Shown here piece by piece: positions 49,812-58,835 of a DNA stretch of 64,000 nucleotides. The notes beneath the pieces were generated by a model. That model made no database searches, was not told the origin of the DNA, and was given only the letters and a program-made list of their open reading frames with translations. Origin of the DNA: Bacteroidia bacterium (GTDB lineage: Bacteria; Bacteroidota; Bacteroidia; UBA7662); contig JBKBSO010000008.1 in NCBI GenBank assembly GCA_046291695.1, forward strand, positions 5,419-69,418, written 5' to 3'. A program made the position numbers and the translations under genes. Each line of letters opens with the position of its first letter. Positions within the stretch are counted from its first letter, which is position 1.

Positions 49812-52259
49812 ATGCTGCGCAGCCTATTCATATGTATCCTTAGCTTCACTGGCCTCATCGGGCATGGTTGGGCACAGGATACATCCAGCATCAACAGCCT
49901 CATCAATCGCTGTTACAGCTGGCAATATGAAGCGCCCGATAGCATTTTAATGCTGGCACCTGGGGCTTTAGTAGCTTCTAAGGCCATCCATTTTCAGCCG
50001 GGCATTGCCAAATCCAATTTTATCATGGGGCATGCCCATTACGAAATGCATCAATACGATTCGGCCATAATGTATATGCAGGAAGCCATTGGACATTTCC
50101 AGGGAAAAAGATTTTTTGCCAATATTGCAGCCGCCTATAATATTACTGGGGTTTGTTATAAAAATTTAGCTGATTATACACGTGCCCTGAATGCGCAACT
50201 TGCCGCCATCAGCTTATTTGAAGAAATAAACGACACTGCAGGTATCGTCATATCGTACAATAACTTGGGCATATTGTATAACGACCAAAAAAAGCTTCAA
50301 GAGGCAGAAACCTGGTTCTGGAAAGGGCTTAAGCTAGCTGAACAAGGACAAAATCCTTATTTATTAGTTACTAGCCAGTCTAATATGGCAATGAACCTAC
50401 ACTCCCAGGAGCGATACTCGGAATCACTTGATATATTCCGAAAAGTCTTACAATTCGATCTTTTAGATGGCAATGAATACGAAATCGGAGCCTCCTACAA
50501 CAATGTGGCCTCTAGCTTGCTTAAACTAGATCGTCTTGATAGTGCACTTTACTATATCGACAGCTCTATTTATTACAAAGAAATAAGCGGCGATCGCTTT
50601 GGAATGGTAACCTCCCTTACCAATAAAGCACAGGCCTACATGCAAAAGAATATGCCTCGATTGGCCATCAACACCCTCGATACCGCCATTCAAATCGCAG
50701 AAAGCATTCAAGCCAAAAAACTACAAAGTGAAATCTTTTTAAAGTATCACCAGAATTACGAATTGCTTGGCATTTCCGATTCTGCCTTATACTACTATAA
50801 GCGCTTCCATCAACTTAGCGATAGCTTGCTGAACCAAGAAACAGAATTAGCCTTAGCCAACGTTCGACGACAATACGATTTAGAAAAAGTAGATCAAGAG
50901 CTCAGCAAAAAGAACCTTGAAATAAAAAACATCAAGGAAATACAACGATTTTACCTTTTCGGATTTTTAACCATTATGGTCATTGCCTTTATGGCCATGC
51001 TCGGTTTTTTTCGATTTCGTAAACTGAACAAAGTGTTGCGCCAAAACGAGATCGACCTAAAAAATACCAACCTAATCCTACAACGAGTAAACGAACAATT
51101 AGAACAAGCCCGCGACGAAGCCGAGTCGGCTAACAAGGCCAAATCAGCCTTTTTGTCCAATGTAAGCCATGAAATCAGAACCCCGCTAAACGCCATACTC
51201 GGCATGCTCGACCTGATTCATGAAACCCTGAAAAAAAACAATCAGGAACGCGTGGTCGAAACCATACGACATTCAGCAAACAGCTTACTGCACATCATCA
51301 ACGACCTGCTCGATTTAAGCAAAATAGAAGCCGGCAAAATAAGCTTTGAACACAAAAGCTTTAATTTGACCTCTCTAATGCAACAACTAGAGCTCTCACT
51401 GAATAGTTTGGCAACAGACAAAGGCTTGCATATAATCACTGAAATCGACCCTGAAATCCCTGATTTCCTAACCGGAGACCAGTTTCGCCTGAACCAAATT
51501 TTGCTCAATTTAGGTGGAAATGCTGTAAAATTCACCCCAGAGGGTTCTATCAAGATCAGCGTTAACCGACTTGATTCCGAAACAGATAACGAACAGTGTC
51601 AGCTGCTTTTTGAGGTTAAAGACACAGGAATTGGCATCAGCGATGAACAAATTCAGCGTATATTCCAGCGGTTTAGTCAGGCTGATGAAAACATCTCACG
51701 TAAATACGGAGGTACAGGCCTGGGCTTGGCCATCAGTAAAAAATTGGTAGAATTACAAGGAGGCAAAATAGGCGTAAACAGCGTTACGACCCAAGGTTCT
51801 AACTTTTGGTTTGAACTCAAGTTCAAAATTTCAGAAAGTCAAGATGTTGTTACAACCGTTGTGGATTTAGCCGATGACGACCGATTAAAAGGTATGCGTG
51901 CCCTGGTTATTGATGATAATGTATTGAATGTAAAGCTCGCTGCGCAAATCTTGAATCGCTGGGAAGTTCAAGCCATAACTGCATTAAGCGGCAAAGAGGC
52001 CCTTGAATACTTGCGCAAAGGCGAGCGTTTCGATTTTGTATTGCTCGACATCCACATGCCCGAAATGAATGGCTTTGAAACCCACAATCGGATGGTACGT
52101 GATTACAAACTCAATTGCCCGGTAATTGCCCTTACAGCAGACACATACGAAGAAACCATGCAACAAATCCGAGAAGCCGGCATTGCTGCAGTAGTAATTA
52201 AGCCTTACAGGCCAGCTGAACTTAAAAAAACATTGTTTCAGTTTTTAAAGGCATATTGA
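49812..52259 (+). CDS. TPR-sensor hybrid histidine kinase / response regulator
   Basis: Periplasmic TPR repeats, one TM, SHEIRTPLN, NLGGNA, DTGIG, GGTGLGL, receiver DDN..LDIHMP. Confidence 0.92.
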   Translation: MLRSLFICILSFTGLIGHGWAQDTSSINSLINRCYSWQYEAPDSILMLAPGALVASKAIHFQPGIAKSNFIMGHAHYEMHQYDSAIMYMQEAIGHFQGKRFFANIAAAYNITGVCYKNLADYTRALNAQLAAISLFEEINDTAGIVISYNNLGILYNDQKKLQEAETWFWKGLKLAEQGQNPYLLVTSQSNMAMNLHSQERYSESLDIFRKVLQFDLLDGNEYEIGASYNNVASSLLKLDRLDSALYYIDSSIYYKEISGDRFGMVTSLTNKAQAYMQKNMPRLAINTLDTAIQIAESIQAKKLQSEIFLKYHQNYELLGISDSALYYYKRFHQLSDSLLNQETELALANVRRQYDLEKVDQELSKKNLEIKNIKEIQRFYLFGFLTIMVIAFMAMLGFFRFRKLNKVLRQNEIDLKNTNLILQRVNEQLEQARDEAESANKAKSAFLSNVSHEIRTPLNAILGMLDLIHETLKKNNQERVVETIRHSANSLLHIINDLLDLSKIEAGKISFEHKSFNLTSLMQQLELSLNSLATDKGLHIITEIDPEIPDFLTGDQFRLNQILLNLGGNAVKFTPEGSIKISVNRLDSETDNEQCQLLFEVKDTGIGISDEQIQRIFQRFSQADENISRKYGGTGLGLAISKKLVELQGGKIGVNSVTTQGSNFWFELKFKISESQDVVTTVVDLADDDRLKGMRALVIDDNVLNVKLAAQILNRWEVQAITALSGKEALEYLRKGERFDFVLLDIHMPEMNGFETHNRMVRDYKLNCPVIALTADTYEETMQQIREAGIAAVVIKPYRPAELKKTLFQFLKAY

Positions 52260-52374
52260 CTGAGCAGCAGCAGTCTAGTTCACCCTTAATCCAATGCTCA
52301 GGAGATGTCTCGCACGACACGATTTATCCATAGCATTCCACATTATCAAATTGTTAACAAAAGGGTTTTATGAC

Positions 52375-52382
52375 TACATTTG
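52375..52382 (+). promoter_or_regulatory. Bacteroidota -7 promoter box for the HlyD-VTC operon
   Basis: TACATTTG, 28 nt before the ATG at 52410. Confidence 0.55.
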
Positions 52383-52409
52383 TAAGTTAACAGGATTTTA
52401 AAACGTACA

Positions 52410-53486
52410 ATGTCATTCTTCGCCAGGAAAAAAACCAGTTTCATCCTGATCGTGGTAGCCTTGATTCTTACCTTGGCCTCTTTCGCTCCTTTAAGCGTCC
52501 CTTTTAGCAGCCGTTCAAAAATGCTTATTCGCCCTGAATTACAATGGGAATTGATTCGTAATGCGCAAGGAAATCTGATAACCAGTACCAGAAATCACAT
52601 TACTGGTGCTATTGCTGCTTATAGCATCGCTGAATTTAATCGTGGTGATGCTGTAGTCTTTCATCTAAAACCAAACTGGCAAGGTGGATCAACTGTAAGC
52701 AAGAACGATACCATTGGAATATTGTATTCCAATGAGGAACAAAGCAAAATCATTAGCCTTGAAGCTGAACTGAAGGTTCTAGAAGCCGAACTACATTTTT
52801 TCAACACAGGACAAAAACCTGAGGATGTTGCCAACGCACGCAACGAAGTGCTGTTGGCTGAACAAGAACTCGAAAACCAACGGCTGCTGAGCCAAAGGGC
52901 AGCATTGCTCTTTCGCGATTCGGTTATTGCGCAACAAGAATACGACCTTGCAATCAATGCGTTACGCGTACGTGAAATTTCTTTAGAGCTAGCTAAAACC
53001 CGATATGCATCCATCACTACAGGTGATAAACCCGAACAAATTCAACTCATCGAAACGCGCATTTATGCGATGCAGCAACAACTAAAGCAGGCAAAGGAAC
53101 GCATCAGTTATTTTACACTCCTCGCTCCCTTCGATGGCACCATCGTTATGCGTCAAGGTTTTAGTGTTGGAGATACCCTACTCGAAATTCATGGTGGCAG
53201 CTCCTTTGTAGGCGTAGCACCAATATTATTAAGCGATAGAAAATTTCTAAAAATTGGTGATGAGGTAGAAATAACCCATTATGGCGAGCATAAAGGCATA
53301 AAGGGCAGCATACAATCATTCGATCAGGTTTCTAAACTGGTTAACGGTCAAGCTGTAGTCTTTTGCACCGTCAACTTCTCGGGCGTGGCAATCCGGCCCA
53401 TGATGGGCGAATTATTGGAAATTAAAATACGGGGCGATGAAATCCCGGCAACAGTCTATTTCTCCAAACTCTTTACCACGCCCTAA
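52410..53486 (+). CDS. HlyD-like periplasmic adaptor / membrane fusion protein
   Basis: N-terminal TM, V..GDTIG half-lipoyl, long coiled coil with KPE repeats, APFDGT, GDTL. Confidence 0.72.
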   Translation: MSFFARKKTSFILIVVALILTLASFAPLSVPFSSRSKMLIRPELQWELIRNAQGNLITSTRNHITGAIAAYSIAEFNRGDAVVFHLKPNWQGGSTVSKNDTIGILYSNEEQSKIISLEAELKVLEAELHFFNTGQKPEDVANARNEVLLAEQELENQRLLSQRAALLFRDSVIAQQEYDLAINALRVREISLELAKTRYASITTGDKPEQIQLIETRIYAMQQQLKQAKERISYFTLLAPFDGTIVMRQGFSVGDTLLEIHGGSSFVGVAPILLSDRKFLKIGDEVEITHYGEHKGIKGSIQSFDQVSKLVNGQAVVFCTVNFSGVAIRPMMGELLEIKIRGDEIPATVYFSKLFTTP

Positions 53487-53491
53487 AAAGC

Positions 53492-54226
53492 ATGCTTCGA
53501 TTCGAAAGAAAATATCGTGTGCCCTACGAGCAACTCCAAGAGCTAAGAAATCAAATTTTACCTTTTGTACGTCCCGACTACTTTGCTTCCAATGTTTCTG
53601 GAATTCCGGAGTATACCGTACGGAGCATTTATTTTGATACCATAAAGCTTAATGCCATACATGAAAAAGTTGATGGACTTGAATCACGAAGAAAGCTACG
53701 AATCAGATCCTATGACAAGCCAAGCCCCTCAAGTCTGGTGTTTCTCGAAATCAAAAAAAAGATAGGGGAAAAAATCGGGAAAAATCGGTCGTCATTCTTT
53801 TGAAAAGATGTTCCCGAACTCATGCAAATGAGCGATTTCGAACCATTGATAATATCAAAAAACAAAAAATCACTGGACGACGCCAATCGATTTTTCTTTC
53901 ATCTACATCGCCACAACATGATACCTGTCGATCGTATCACCTACGAGCGCGAAGCGTACCACGGTTTGTTCGACCCCAACTTGCGCATTACTTTCGATAA
54001 AAATATCCGATCGAAAGTACACCCAAAGCTACATGATTTGTTCGGAGAAGATGATTTGGCATTTCCTTGGAAAGCTCATTTCATTCTTGAAGTGAAATAC
54101 TTCGAGGCGCCTATGCCCTCTTGGATTAAATCCATCATCGACGAATTTAAGCTCGAACAAGAAGCTTTGTCAAAATATGTTGAAGGCTTTTTTGCGCATC
54201 GAGAGTTTATTTCTTTAGCATATTAA
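53492..54226 (+). pseudogene. VTC (polyphosphate polymerase, CYTH-like) domain gene interrupted by an in-frame TGA
   Basis: RFERKY, VRSIYFDT, KLRIRSY, FLEIKKK; TGA at 53801-53803; same frame continues ITYEREAY, RITFD, ILEVKY, LSKY. Confidence 0.82.
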
Positions 54227-54228
54227 TT

Positions 54229-54876
54229 ATGGAACAAGACCTCCAATCGATATTTTTTTTTTCACTTACCATTGAAAAAGCCCTCGCCAACCTGGCTGTT
54301 GCCCTATTGAGTGGCATTCTCATCAGCCTTTTTTACCGTGCAACTTACAGTGGAAGCAGTTACTCACAATCTAACGTGCTTTCAATAATTATGCTCGCCA
54401 TGGTTACTGCCCTCGTCATTATGGTCATTGGCAATAACCTGGCACGTGCTTTTGGCCTTGTTGATGCCATGTCAATTATTCGATTTCGCACCTCAGTAAA
54501 GCACACCCAAGACATAATGTACATCTTTTTTGCCCTAGCTGCAGGGTTGTCGGCCGGTGCGGGAATGTACGCCATAACCCTGGCTGGTACAGTTTTTATC
54601 GGCATTGCCATGGTGTTGCTCAAAGAGGTCAGCGGCGAGAACCCGGCAAAGCGCGAATACCTCCTTCAACTAATTTATCTTGACGACGGGCAACAAACAG
54701 CCTCCTTCTCTCCTATTCTTGAAAAATATTGCAGCAAACACAAGCTCGTAAACGTAAAAACTGTAAGCGAAAGTGAAAACCTCCTTGAAATGTCGTTCTA
54801 CATCGTTTTCAATAAAAAAGCTTCAGGAAAAGAATTGGTCAGCTATATGAAAAACATCACGGGTATTAACGAGTAA
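54229..54876 (+). CDS. DUF4956 family membrane protein; C-terminus probably clipped by a 1-bp deletion
   Basis: NNLARAFGLV.AMSIIRFR, FFALAAGL; another frame at 54873-54899 reads VNLFFDEH*. Confidence 0.82.
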   Translation: MEQDLQSIFFFSLTIEKALANLAVALLSGILISLFYRATYSGSSYSQSNVLSIIMLAMVTALVIMVIGNNLARAFGLVDAMSIIRFRTSVKHTQDIMYIFFALAAGLSAGAGMYAITLAGTVFIGIAMVLLKEVSGENPAKREYLLQLIYLDDGQQTASFSPILEKYCSKHKLVNVKTVSESENLLEMSFYIVFNKKASGKELVSYMKNITGINE

Positions 54877-54888
54877 ATCTATTCTTCG

Positions 54889-55854
54889 ATGAGCACTAAA
54901 GCCAGGCATTACTTTGTATGCGGATTCGTACTTATCTTGTTATGCTCTTGCACCGTATTCACTGCCTGTTCACAGAGTAAACGCCAGTGTAACGATCCTT
55001 TCGCGCTTAACTTTTCTGCACAATCGGCATCAAATAGTGATTGTCGGTACTACACCATACAAAGAAATCCTGAATTACTGTATCCTATGGATATTAGGCT
55101 CCGTGAAACTTCCGGACTTGCCTTCTTCGATGGTCGGCTATTTACCCACAATGATCAGGGGAATAGCAATCAATTTTACGCACTTTCCCCTTCCAACGGA
55201 AATATTTTGGCCACTTATACTGTAAGCGGTTACGAAAACATCGATTGGGAAGATATGGCACAAAGCCCCAGCCACATTTATCTTGCAGACATTGGGAATA
55301 ACGATGGAAACCGCAGCAACTTAAGAATACTTAAAATAGCAAAGACTGCACTTGATTCCTTCGGTGGCAATGTAGCCGTTGAATCAGAAATTGAGTTCTA
55401 CTACCCAGAACAACAGTCATTTGCAGCCGGAAATAAACATAACTGGGATGCAGAAGCTCTGGTTTGGGCCGACAACTACTTATATCTATTCACCAAACAC
55501 CGCTTAGATGGAAAAACCAACCTATACCGCATACCCGATGTAACAGGTCGACATGCGGCACAGCACCTCGGAAATTTTAATGCTGGCGTTCGCATTACCG
55601 CGGCCGACCTAAATGAAAATGGTGATACACTCGTTCTTTTGGGCTACAACAAGAATAGAGATTGTGTATTGTGGGAATTTACTGGCTTCAACGATAATCA
55701 GTACTTTTCAGGCATGAAAAAACAAATTGTTTTAGGAGAATTTGGCTCGCTTGGCCAGATGGAAGGCGTTTTCTTTATCCATCGACAACTCATTTACATC
55801 AGCGCCGAATCAACCAACAACCAGCCTGCCCATTTATACAAACTTGAGTACTAA
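54889..55854 (+). CDS. Exported or lipoprotein beta-propeller (SdiA-regulated / phytase-like), function unknown
   Basis: Signal peptide with FTAC; CNDPFALNF..C; ETSGL, THNDQG, DWEDMA, ADIGNN, DAEAL, ITAAD, QMEGV. Confidence 0.65.
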   Translation: MSTKARHYFVCGFVLILLCSCTVFTACSQSKRQCNDPFALNFSAQSASNSDCRYYTIQRNPELLYPMDIRLRETSGLAFFDGRLFTHNDQGNSNQFYALSPSNGNILATYTVSGYENIDWEDMAQSPSHIYLADIGNNDGNRSNLRILKIAKTALDSFGGNVAVESEIEFYYPEQQSFAAGNKHNWDAEALVWADNYLYLFTKHRLDGKTNLYRIPDVTGRHAAQHLGNFNAGVRITAADLNENGDTLVLLGYNKNRDCVLWEFTGFNDNQYFSGMKKQIVLGEFGSLGQMEGVFFIHRQLIYISAESTNNQPAHLYKLEY

Positions 55855-55975
55855 AGGCCCATAAGCCTTAAAAATCTAAACTGACTATCCCGTTTTGTAT
55901 CAGGAATTTAGACTCAATAAATTTATCAGTAATCGAGTAGGAAGGTAGGAATTATTTCCCTACCTGTCGTCACAC

Positions 55976-56009
55976 ACCACCGTACGTACCTTTCGGTATA
56001 GGGCGGCTC
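55976..56009 (-). ncRNA. Group II intron catalytic domain V
   Basis: GAGCCGCCCTATACC-GAAA-GGTACGTACGGTGGT. Confidence 0.88.
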
Positions 56010-56010
56010 T

Positions 56011-56277
56011 TTAAGTTTTGATTCTAACCTTTAGGTATTGGTCGGAGAAAAATGTAAATCCTGCTACGCGTAGCTTCTCTGTGGTGATGGATGTTTTAAG
56101 TATATGGCTATTGGCCAAGCGCCAGTAACCCTTCCTAGAGTTCGCTCGTTCCCAAGCTTCGGATTTCTTTACCCCAAGCTTGATAAGATTCGTCAGTTTG
56201 GTCTTTATTCGTTTCCATTGTTTCCAAATAACCATGCTAAGCCTTCTTTTGTACCACTCATCTACCGTCTTCAATAA
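56011..56277 (-). pseudogene. C-terminal maturase (thumb/X) fragment of the intron reverse transcriptase
   Basis: LLKTVDEWYKRRLSMVIWKQWKR..LIKLG..ANSRKGYWR..S.IL..LR.AGF; no RT palm or YADD. Confidence 0.88.
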
Positions 56278-56428
56278 GGTTCTTGTCACTCGGGGCAACG
56301 TTTTGCCACCAGCTTTGTTCAGATCCTATCTCACGCTAGTCACCCTTGCCTTAAGCTAGTGGTTGGCGATTACCTACCCCCACAGTGGACTTGCACCACC
56401 TAGTAAATTGCCATGCACGGCACACCAT

Positions 56429-56459
56429 AAAAAAAGCGACGGTTAGGGGCCGTCGCTTT
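56429..56459 (-). terminator. Intrinsic terminator of the beta-barrel gene; intron target site
   Basis: Minus strand AAAGCGACGG-CCCCTAA-CCGTCGCTTT-TTTT, then ATG, then the intron's GTGTG. Confidence 0.88.
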
Positions 56460-56481
56460 GTGGGTTTTAATAAATGCTTTT

Positions 56482-57399
56482 CTATAATTTAAAGGAAACC
56501 CCGGCCATAACCGGAATTACACTCGGATTACCCGCTACATCTTGTCGGAACATTTCGGTAAGACCATAGCGAACAAACAAGTCAAAATCTCCATAACCTG
56601 CACGGGCTACCAAACTGGCTTTTAAAAATTGTGCATTCTGCGGCCCACGGGTACGAACCTCCTGATATACATCATTGCCCATATCGTAGCGCTGATCAAT
56701 ACGTACCCCTCCCATGCGCACACCTATTTCGGCGCCTACCGCCAGATTGAACGCCCGGCTTTGCTTATAAGGGTTGGTGGTAAAGTGCAACATCAATGGT
56801 GCATTGATATAATTTATACTCATCGCATTGCGAGTAAGCCCTGGATTGGCAGGTGCTCCAAAGCTCAGTAAATCTCCGTTCGACTGCAATATGCTATCAC
56901 CACGGAAACGGTAATTGTTGAACTCAAAACCCAAACCATACATCAATCGAACACGCTGCGCAATGAGGTTTTCGGTACGAGCAAAGGTGAATCCCCAACC
57001 TAATGAGCGGTTTAATGCGTTTTCGGTACGCATTGGCTGATTATTACCGGTTAAAGTTAATCCGTCGGATTGCCGGAAGCCATTGGCTCCAATGTCAATA
57101 AAAAAGAGGTTTTTGTCAACTTTCTTTTTCCGAGGTTTCACCTCTTTAAGTTCCTTGCGGAGCTCTTTCATTTCGGCTCGAAAATCACTCATGGCATCGG
57201 CTACCTCTTCCTCAATGTCCTCTTTGATCTCGTCTTTGGCTGATGGTTTTGAACTATCTACATAGGTCGTATCCCATTTTCCATTTTCGAATTTGATGAT
57301 CATTCGCCTTTTTTCAGTGCTGTCGGTTGAAGCCGATTGCGCCATTAAAACGTTGGTTGTAGCGAACATTACAACAAACATAATTACTAACTTTTTCAT
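56482..57399 (-). CDS. Outer-membrane beta-barrel protein (PorT/OMP_b-brl-like)
   Basis: Signal peptide, acidic/helical N-terminal region, YGLGFEFNNYRF, YINAPLML, ARAGYG, terminal GVSFKL. Confidence 0.75.
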   Translation of the reverse strand: MKKLVIMFVVMFATTNVLMAQSASTDSTEKRRMIIKFENGKWDTTYVDSSKPSAKDEIKEDIEEEVADAMSDFRAEMKELRKELKEVKPRKKKVDKNLFFIDIGANGFRQSDGLTLTGNNQPMRTENALNRSLGWGFTFARTENLIAQRVRLMYGLGFEFNNYRFRGDSILQSNGDLLSFGAPANPGLTRNAMSINYINAPLMLHFTTNPYKQSRAFNLAVGAEIGVRMGGVRIDQRYDMGNDVYQEVRTRGPQNAQFLKASLVARAGYGDFDLFVRYGLTEMFRQDVAGNPSVIPVMAGVSFKL

Positions 57400-57434
57400 G
57401 ATTGGGTTAAGTTAAATTGTTGATATATAATTGT

Positions 57435-58208
57435 TTATTCTTCTAAGCTCTCCTCGTTCGATCTTAATCGGCTCAGGGGTATGGTTTGACCTATTTCATA
57501 TCTCCCAAGGTTAAAGGATACATAATGATCCCTACTGGTAAAATCCTCGATGCGCTCTTTAGCCAACTCAAACATTTTGCCATCGCTCAACTGTGAATAG
57601 GAACGACGAAGTGCTGAAAACCTACCTTCTTGCCCCATGTTCGGAGCTTCTGCCAGCTGTAATTCAGCTTGTGGAAGGGCAGGAACCTCTTTAAAACCTT
57701 TTACCGCCTTTGAAAACTGACTTCCCCCTATATTCGACTTCTGCCTTAGTGGCATGGTCGTAATATCAATCGACTCGCGTTGAAATGTTTCCGAAGCTAA
57801 ATGAATAGTCATATCACCAAGACGTGCCGTAGGCTGCTTAGGTTGCATCTCTTCTTTAACAATCTGCAATGTCTCGTTTTCCTCATTATACATGGCTACG
57901 GCCTGCAAATCGCGCAATCGATCATCGCGTAATTGCTGCTGCAAACTATCCTGGGAATCGGCTGCAACAGCTCGCTGCAATTCATCACGGTAAACGTGAT
58001 TAAGCACTACAGTGGCCGATACACTCAACAAGCTTATTGCCGCAGCAACGCGCATCAATGCCGGCCGGCGATACCAAACAGGTTTGAGTTGTTTTGGCTG
58101 CCCGTCGAGCTGCTCCAAAACCCGGTCGAACAACTGAGGTGGCGGTGCCATCTCAACTGATTCAAGCCTGTTTTTCAATAACTTATCTAAAGTTTCCTGC
58201 GTTTTCAT
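57435..58208 (-). CDS. Hypothetical single-TM protein, putative anti-sigma factor
   Basis: DKLLKNRL..EMAPPPQLFDRV then one TM; overlaps the ECF sigma gene. Confidence 0.6.
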   Translation of the reverse strand: MKTQETLDKLLKNRLESVEMAPPPQLFDRVLEQLDGQPKQLKPVWYRRPALMRVAAAISLLSVSATVVLNHVYRDELQRAVAADSQDSLQQQLRDDRLRDLQAVAMYNEENETLQIVKEEMQPKQPTARLGDMTIHLASETFQRESIDITTMPLRQKSNIGGSQFSKAVKGFKEVPALPQAELQLAEAPNMGQEGRFSALRRSYSQLSDGKMFELAKERIEDFTSRDHYVSFNLGRYEIGQTIPLSRLRSNEESLEE

Positions 58209-58743
58209 AGGTCAGTTCACTTTTTTTTAAAAGGTTTTTAAGCATGGCTTTTGCCCGTGCCAATTGCGACTTACTGGTGCCTTCACTTATGCCAAGCATT
58301 TCGGCAATTTCTTTGTGCGAATAATCTTCGAGCACATAGAGGTTAAGCACTGTTCGATAGCCAGTAGGCAACTTCTGAATCACCGCGATGATGTCGTCAC
58401 TCGCCATCTGACTCAAAAAATTCTCCCAACTGTGATCAGCCACTTCCATTTCACTTATGTCATCTACCATATGCATTTTAGATGCCTTGCGGAAATAATC
58501 GATGGCCGTATTTACCATAATCCTCCTGATCCAGCCTTCCACCGAACCCTCAAAACCAAATCGCGATAAAGAATTAAATACCTTCACAAATCCATCCTGC
58601 AAGATGTCGCTTGCCGTATCGTAATCTGAAGCATATCGCATGCATACCGCAAACATCTTTCGGGCAAATAGCTCGTACAAATCCGACTGCGCTTTGCGGT
58701 CGTTTTGCAAACATTTGTAAACTACTGCGTAATGTTGTTCCAA
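58183..58743 (-). CDS. ECF RNA polymerase sigma-70 factor
   Basis: LYELF, DILQDGFVKVF, WIRRIMVNTAID, SHKEIAEML, GTSKSQLARA. Confidence 0.95.
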   Translation of the reverse strand: MEQHYAVVYKCLQNDRKAQSDLYELFARKMFAVCMRYASDYDTASDILQDGFVKVFNSLSRFGFEGSVEGWIRRIMVNTAIDYFRKASKMHMVDDISEMEVADHSWENFLSQMASDDIIAVIQKLPTGYRTVLNLYVLEDYSHKEIAEMLGISEGTSKSQLARAKAMLKNLLKKSELTYENAGNFR

Positions 58744-58835
58744 CGGTTTATTTTTGTCCGGTTACGATGATAAGACGCGGCCTGACCGGATCGGGTTGCA
58801 TCAACATCAAAATTATTCTAAAAAAATTCATAAAC

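Larger units (their letters stand above)
55932..56425 (-). mobile_element. Class IIC group II intron, internally deleted (494 bp)
   Basis: 5' end GTGTGCCGTGCATGG at 56425; domain I motifs GCAAGGGTG, ATCTGAA..AAGC, GGCAAA; maturase thumb fragment; domain V with CGC triad; 3' end CCTACTCGAT at 55932; terminator directly upstream. Confidence 0.9.

Noticed and set aside
52270-52320. Riboswitch, omega-RNA or second intron fragment
   Set aside because: Only short matches (CTAGT(T)CACCCTT to the intron; GAACTAGAC); no full consensus or associated ORF.
56011-56298. Independent 95-aa gene, or a retron/DGR reverse transcriptase
   Set aside because: The TTG start lies in intron domain I RNA, the protein is only a maturase thumb, and there is no YADD, msr/msd or TR/VR pair.
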